A stretch of DNA of 64,000 nt from the human T2T-CHM13v2.0 reference genome, Homo sapiens, in the NCBI RefSeq assembly GCF_009914755.1, contig NC_060929.1; one strand, 5' to 3'. The first letter of the stretch is position 1. Each line of letters begins with the position of its first letter. Below are positions 59,151-64,000 of the stretch, piece by piece. Under the pieces are notes generated by a model. That model was not told the origin of the DNA and did no database searches. It was given only the letters and a program-made list of their open reading frames with translations. Made by a program: the position numbers and the translations under genes.

Positions 59151-59762
59151 AAGCCCTTTGGGTTGCCAAAAACAAAAATAAACTGAAATGAAATTCAGAA
59201 AAAGAGAATCTCTTACAATTATCAATACAAGAAAGAAAATGCCTAGGCACCAAGAAACCTCTTTCTCTCTCTCCCTCATTTGGTATTTCTACCCTCATAA
59301 TCAATATTCCTTTTCTGTTACCTCATATTTCAGCCTTGTACATACTTGATTAAAAACTAAAAACTATTTCCCTACCTACGGAAAGGAAGACCTCTTCCTT
59401 GTCCTTCTCTATAATAAAATAAGCATAAAACTTTTCCATAAGGGACCAATACTCTACTGTATGTCTACAATAAAACTTTTGTATTAGAAACTGACTCCAT
59501 TTCTCAATTTCTAATTCTTAAAAGAAGAATCTAGGGAAAGGTAAACTTTTTGACCTTCTATTTCTCCATATGAAAAATGAGGATATAAGACCTACCTCAT
59601 AAAGCTGTCATAAATCAACAAGTCTGACCCTAATAGAAAAGAGAGGAAAGAGAACTTATGTGCAGGAAAAAGTAAGTGTATATGGCGTGTTCAGAAAACC
59701 ACATATGGATTTGGTTAACATAGAGTTGGTTAGTAAGGACATAGTAGAAGTCAGGTTTGCTA

Positions 59763-60032
59763 CCACATGTTCTCACATATAGCTGAATGATGAGAACACA
59801 CAGACACATGGTTCTCACAGACACATTGGGGGGATCAACACACACTGGGGCCCACTGGAGGTGGGTGGTAGGGAAAGCATCAGGGAAGAATAGCTAATGG
59901 ATGCTGGACTTAATAACTAGGTGATGAGATTATCTGTGCAGCACACCACCATGACATAGGTTTACCTAAGTAACAAACCTGCACATCCTGCACATGTACT
60001 CTGGAACTGAAAAGTTGAAGGGGGAAAAAAAA
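59763..60032 (+). mobile_element. L1PA10-like 3' end with degenerate 17-bp TSD
   Basis: aacacacactggggcc...gcatcagggaagaatagctaatggatgctgg...cctgcacatcctgcacatgtac; flanks agaagtcaggtttgcta and agaagtgaggattgcta. Confidence 0.88.
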
Positions 60033-60929
60033 AGAAGTGAGGATTGCTAAGCAGAAGTGAGGCCAAGAGAGACACTGTCAACTATACTAAAGAGTGTGGC
60101 ATCTCCAACCTGTATGAGAGGAAAACTCACTGAAGGGCTTTAACCAAGAATGGGAACACAGAAGAAGAATATAGTGACAGAGGAGGATAGCTAAGACTAC
60201 AAGTTCAGTCCAATTGAGTTTTGGGCATGCTCAGTTTGAACTGAAAATAAAGAGAAGACTAAGAAAACTAACTGCTCAACAATCTCAGCAAAAAGGCAGT
60301 AAAGTCAGAACACTGTTAGGTAGTCCTTTGAAACTGTTTTGAACAATCTGAACAGAAAGAAACATCCATCCGTTTTATCACTCCACCCCTGAAAATAACA
60401 GTTTCATAAAACAATGTTTACCCTTATTGTATGATACATCCTGATAGCTTCTTTTCCTTTTTAAAAAAATGCCAGTTTGGATCTCATAAATTTATATCAA
60501 AACCCATTAGTAGAGTCAGATTAATACTGATCTAGGATACTGTTGTAGTAATCTGAGTAGATCCCCAATATCCAAGGGCTGTTACATTTGGATTTTTAAT
60601 CTTATCCACACCTGTTTACATAAATGGAAGAATACATGAATTGCATATTTTTAGGAGATCTTTTTTACTTTGGCAGTAAATTTTATACATTTTCTTGAAA
60701 AAACATATGTGTACTTACTGATATTATAATTCTACTTTTTAGATATATGGGGGAAAATACACTTCCAACTGCCTCAAGTAGGCCTAAAGACTTAATCAAT
60801 GATGCTGTGAATGAGAAACGCTGGTGATTATGCATTTAATACAAATTACTAAAGGATATAGGTCTCCAAGAGCAACTTTTTAGCACACTGTAGTCTAAAA
60901 CAACATTATATTCAATAATTTGCTACACA

Positions 60930-61142
60930 GATAGTAGTAGTTAAGAATATGAATTTTGATGCCATACTACCCGGTTTCTAACCTTGTACCTGAAATATAC
61001 TAGCTGTCATCTCCCTGAGCTTCAAGCTTCTTCATCTGGAAAATGGAGTAACTACCTTACAGAGATAGTGTGAGAATTAAACTAGACAAAATATTTAAAG
61101 TGTTTTTAAAAGGATCAGGTTCAAATGTTAACTATTATTATA
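60930..61142 (+). mobile_element. MIR
   Basis: gtagtagttaagaatatg...ctccctgagcttcaagcttcttcatctggaaaatgg...aaatgttaactattatt. Confidence 0.7.
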
Positions 61143-61840
61143 ATTTATCTTTGATAAATTGTTTTCTAGCTTCTTTGAAGTAAAGGTGTATTTCTTCACT
61201 CTGTGGTTTGTCAAGTATTCTATCATCTTCAGTATAAAAGACAGGGGATAGCATTTTTCCATCATTGTGTCCACAGAACACAGAGTCATATTTTAACTTG
61301 GGTACAATTTGCAGGTCTTATATAAAAAGAAACTGAACCTTCATATTCTCTCTCTTCACTAATTAATTATCACTTGTGAGCACATTAAAAAAAGTCCAGG
61401 GTTATCTCTAAATATTGATTGACACTAGCAATTACTCCATACTATTAAATGTACTAATTTACTTTATTGATTATGCCTCTCTTAATCCCTCCCATTTATT
61501 GGTTCTTACACTTCCTCTCTTTTTTATGATATACATTATCTTTAGGTATCCATCATGAAACCCAAAAAGTAATAGTCTGAAATCATCAGGTCAAGTACCC
61601 CTATACCTCTCACTTCTCCCTCAGTGTATCAATGTGTGTAACGCAGGACCTGTTACTGGTATTTATGGTGATGAATGTGAGTCACCAAGAAAAGGTTGTA
61701 TTATATTGATATATATTCTCCTTAAGAAGACATTTTTGAAAAACTGTTTTAAAAAAGAGAAAAAGCTTTAAATTTAAGTTAGTGACCTTTAGTTATCCAG
61801 TCTAGGATGTTAACTCTTTTGAGTATATGTAAAATCTTGT

Positions 61841-62143
61841 TTTATTTATTTATTTTTTGAGACAGGGTCTCACTCCGTCACCCAGGCTGGAGTGCAGTGG
61901 TTGCAATCATAGCTTCCTGCAGCTTCAAACTCTTAAGACTCAAGGAATTCTCCTGCCTCAGCTTCCCGAGTAGTTGGGACTACTGGCATGTGTCGCCATA
62001 GCCACCTAATTTTTTAATTTTTTTGTAGACACAGGGTCTCACTATATTGCCCTGGGTAGTCTTGAACTCCTGGCCTCAAGCAATCCTCCCACCTTGGCCT
62101 CTCAAAGTGCTGGGATTATAGGTGTGAGACACTGCACCCAGCC
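61841..62143 (-). mobile_element. AluJ-type SINE
   Basis: (ttta)n tail, gagacagggtctcactccgtcacccagg...caagcaatcctccc...actgcacccagcc. Confidence 0.93.
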
Positions 62144-62809
62144 ATATTTTGTTTTGTTGTATACCATATCAATCTCTGATTTTGTTTAACATATATATTG
62201 CTATTACTGATAGTTGATCTTTGCACAAAGGTACTTTGCTGCTATGAATGACAGGATGTTCTTTTGTATGAGAGAGCCTGTACAACAAATTACCCTTCAT
62301 CTTGACCCATTAACATAGCTTTAAAATAAGACAGCTAAAGAAAAAATTGCTTTTTTTGAGATACATTGTTATAAAACATCAAAGAATAAGGAAAAGGCAA
62401 ATCATCAGAAACTTTATAAGCAATTCCAGTTTGCTTTAGGTTTTATCTATGTGTATATGTAATACACAATTTAACAACTTCATTTAAGTAGTGTGTAACG
62501 GAAAACATAATAAAATATGATACATGAACATTTTCTTACATATTGGATGACCAATGAATACTGCCTCACAGATTCAGGTTCTTGGTTCTGTTTGTTCCTA
62601 TAAATAGAAACACGACCTTGTCCCCATTTTTACCCTAGCTATCCAAAGAAATGCCTACTACTGCTGTTTTTCACTATCATGACTTTTTAAAAAATTTTGT
62701 ATCAACTAAAATTAAGGAATGAGAAAGAATATTATTGTATTAATAGTAAAAATAACAATGGTAGTAGTAAAAATAATAGTAGTAGAAATAACAATAACAA
62801 GTAATGGTG

Positions 62810-63010
62810 GTTTTCATTTTTTGAGTGTCTAGAATGTATAGGCATTATAAAAAGCATATTTATATGTTATCTCATTATAATAATCCTATAAGGAAAATAT
62901 TCCCATTTTATAGATTAGTAAAACTGAGGTTCATAGATATTAAATAACTTGCCCACAATCACAAGGCTAGTAAGGGTGGAATGGAAATTCAAACCAGTAC
63001 TATCATCTTA
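62810..63010 (-). mobile_element. MIR
   Basis: cccattttatagattagtaaaactgaggttcatagatattaaataacttgcccacaatcacaaggctagtaag. Confidence 0.8.
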
Positions 63011-63349
63011 CCACTAGTAAGAACTCTGACTCCTACAAGTATATTCTGCGGTCAAAACAGGTTTTGCTTAATGGAAAATGTGATAGAAATATTAATTCTA
63101 ATTTGGGAAGAAAACCTCCGTCATAGATTTTGAATTAGCGATTATTCCACAAAATAGCTTAATTACTAAGAGAATCTGAATGAGCACTGTGACACATCAG
63201 GTTGCTGCTCAGAACAGAATTAACTTTGGCCTTCACTTCCTCCATCCTTTACCTGTAGTTGATAAGACAACTATTTTCACTTGAAATAAATTAGGTAGCA
63301 TTAATTTTTTTAAAGCATAATTGTAAATTTACTGATTTTAAATAATTTT

Positions 63350-63970
63350 TAAATGGCTAACATATGGTTTAGAATAGACACAAGGAAAAGGGCACTCATA
63401 AACACTGTACGTAAGAATATAAATTGACACAACTATTCTTCCTGAAAGGTAATCTGCCAATAGGTAGCAAATTTTAAAAGCAAATACCCTCCAGATCCCA
63501 AAATTTCACTTTCAGAATATGTTCTCAGGAAATAATTCCAAGAGTAAAAGAAAAAACAAATACCTGGCAAGGCAATAGAGAATTATTACAGGGATACTTA
63601 TAATACTGAAACATCAGAAACAACCTAAATATGAAACATAATTAATTGGTCATATAGACTATGATACATCAATACAATGGAAGACCAAAGTCGTTTTTTA
63701 AAATGATGGTATAATCTGTATTCCTTCACACAGAATAATGAGTAAGAGATAGTGTAAATAAGCATAAGCCAAAATAATAGAGCATAGCCATTTTTAATAT
63801 TAAAATACATACATTTATATCTGTACATACATGTATTAACAAGTCTGAAATGAAATTGACCAAATTATTAACAGATTATGTGTTTGAAAGAACTCTGTAA
63901 AAGTACACTTTTAAAAACACATTACTGTACTGTTTAAATTCCAATCAACAAGCATTACCTTTATTTTAAA
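63350..63970 (+). mobile_element. Old L1ME 3' fragment
   Basis: aaaagggcactcataaacactg...ccagatcccaaaatttcacttt...gaaacaacctaaat. Confidence 0.65.
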
Positions 63971-64000
63971 AAAAAGGCTATTTTCATCTTTTTAAAAACA

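Overview
AT-rich primate nuclear DNA, most likely from human or another ape, judged by AluY, an L1PA3-like 3' end and a MER11 LTR. It is almost entirely non-coding: I find no intact protein-coding gene, RNA gene or CRISPR array, and the long ORFs in the track are fragments of Alu, L1 or Tigger elements or chance ORFs. Most long L1s lie on the + strand and + looks A-rich, which suggests an intron of a large gene transcribed on the - strand. I cannot name that gene. One well-formed 53-nt minus-strand candidate exon lies at 49392-49444. The main structural observations are: (1) a MER11 solo LTR with a 6-bp TSD, split by a short L1PA3-like 3' end that carries about 710 bp of much older L1-derived DNA, consistent with an L1 3' transduction; (2) a roughly 11 kb three-tier nest of old L1, Tigger1, a near full-length L1PB4-like element and an L1PA15/16-like element, with a templated-insertion scar at the Tigger1 internal deletion; (3) two Alus inverted tail-to-tail only about 28 bp apart; (4) several repeat-poor, motif-rich blocks that may be conserved enhancers. 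I see no evidence of a new multi-gene biological system. Repeat subfamily names come from remembered consensus sequences, and boundaries of old repeats are approximate.
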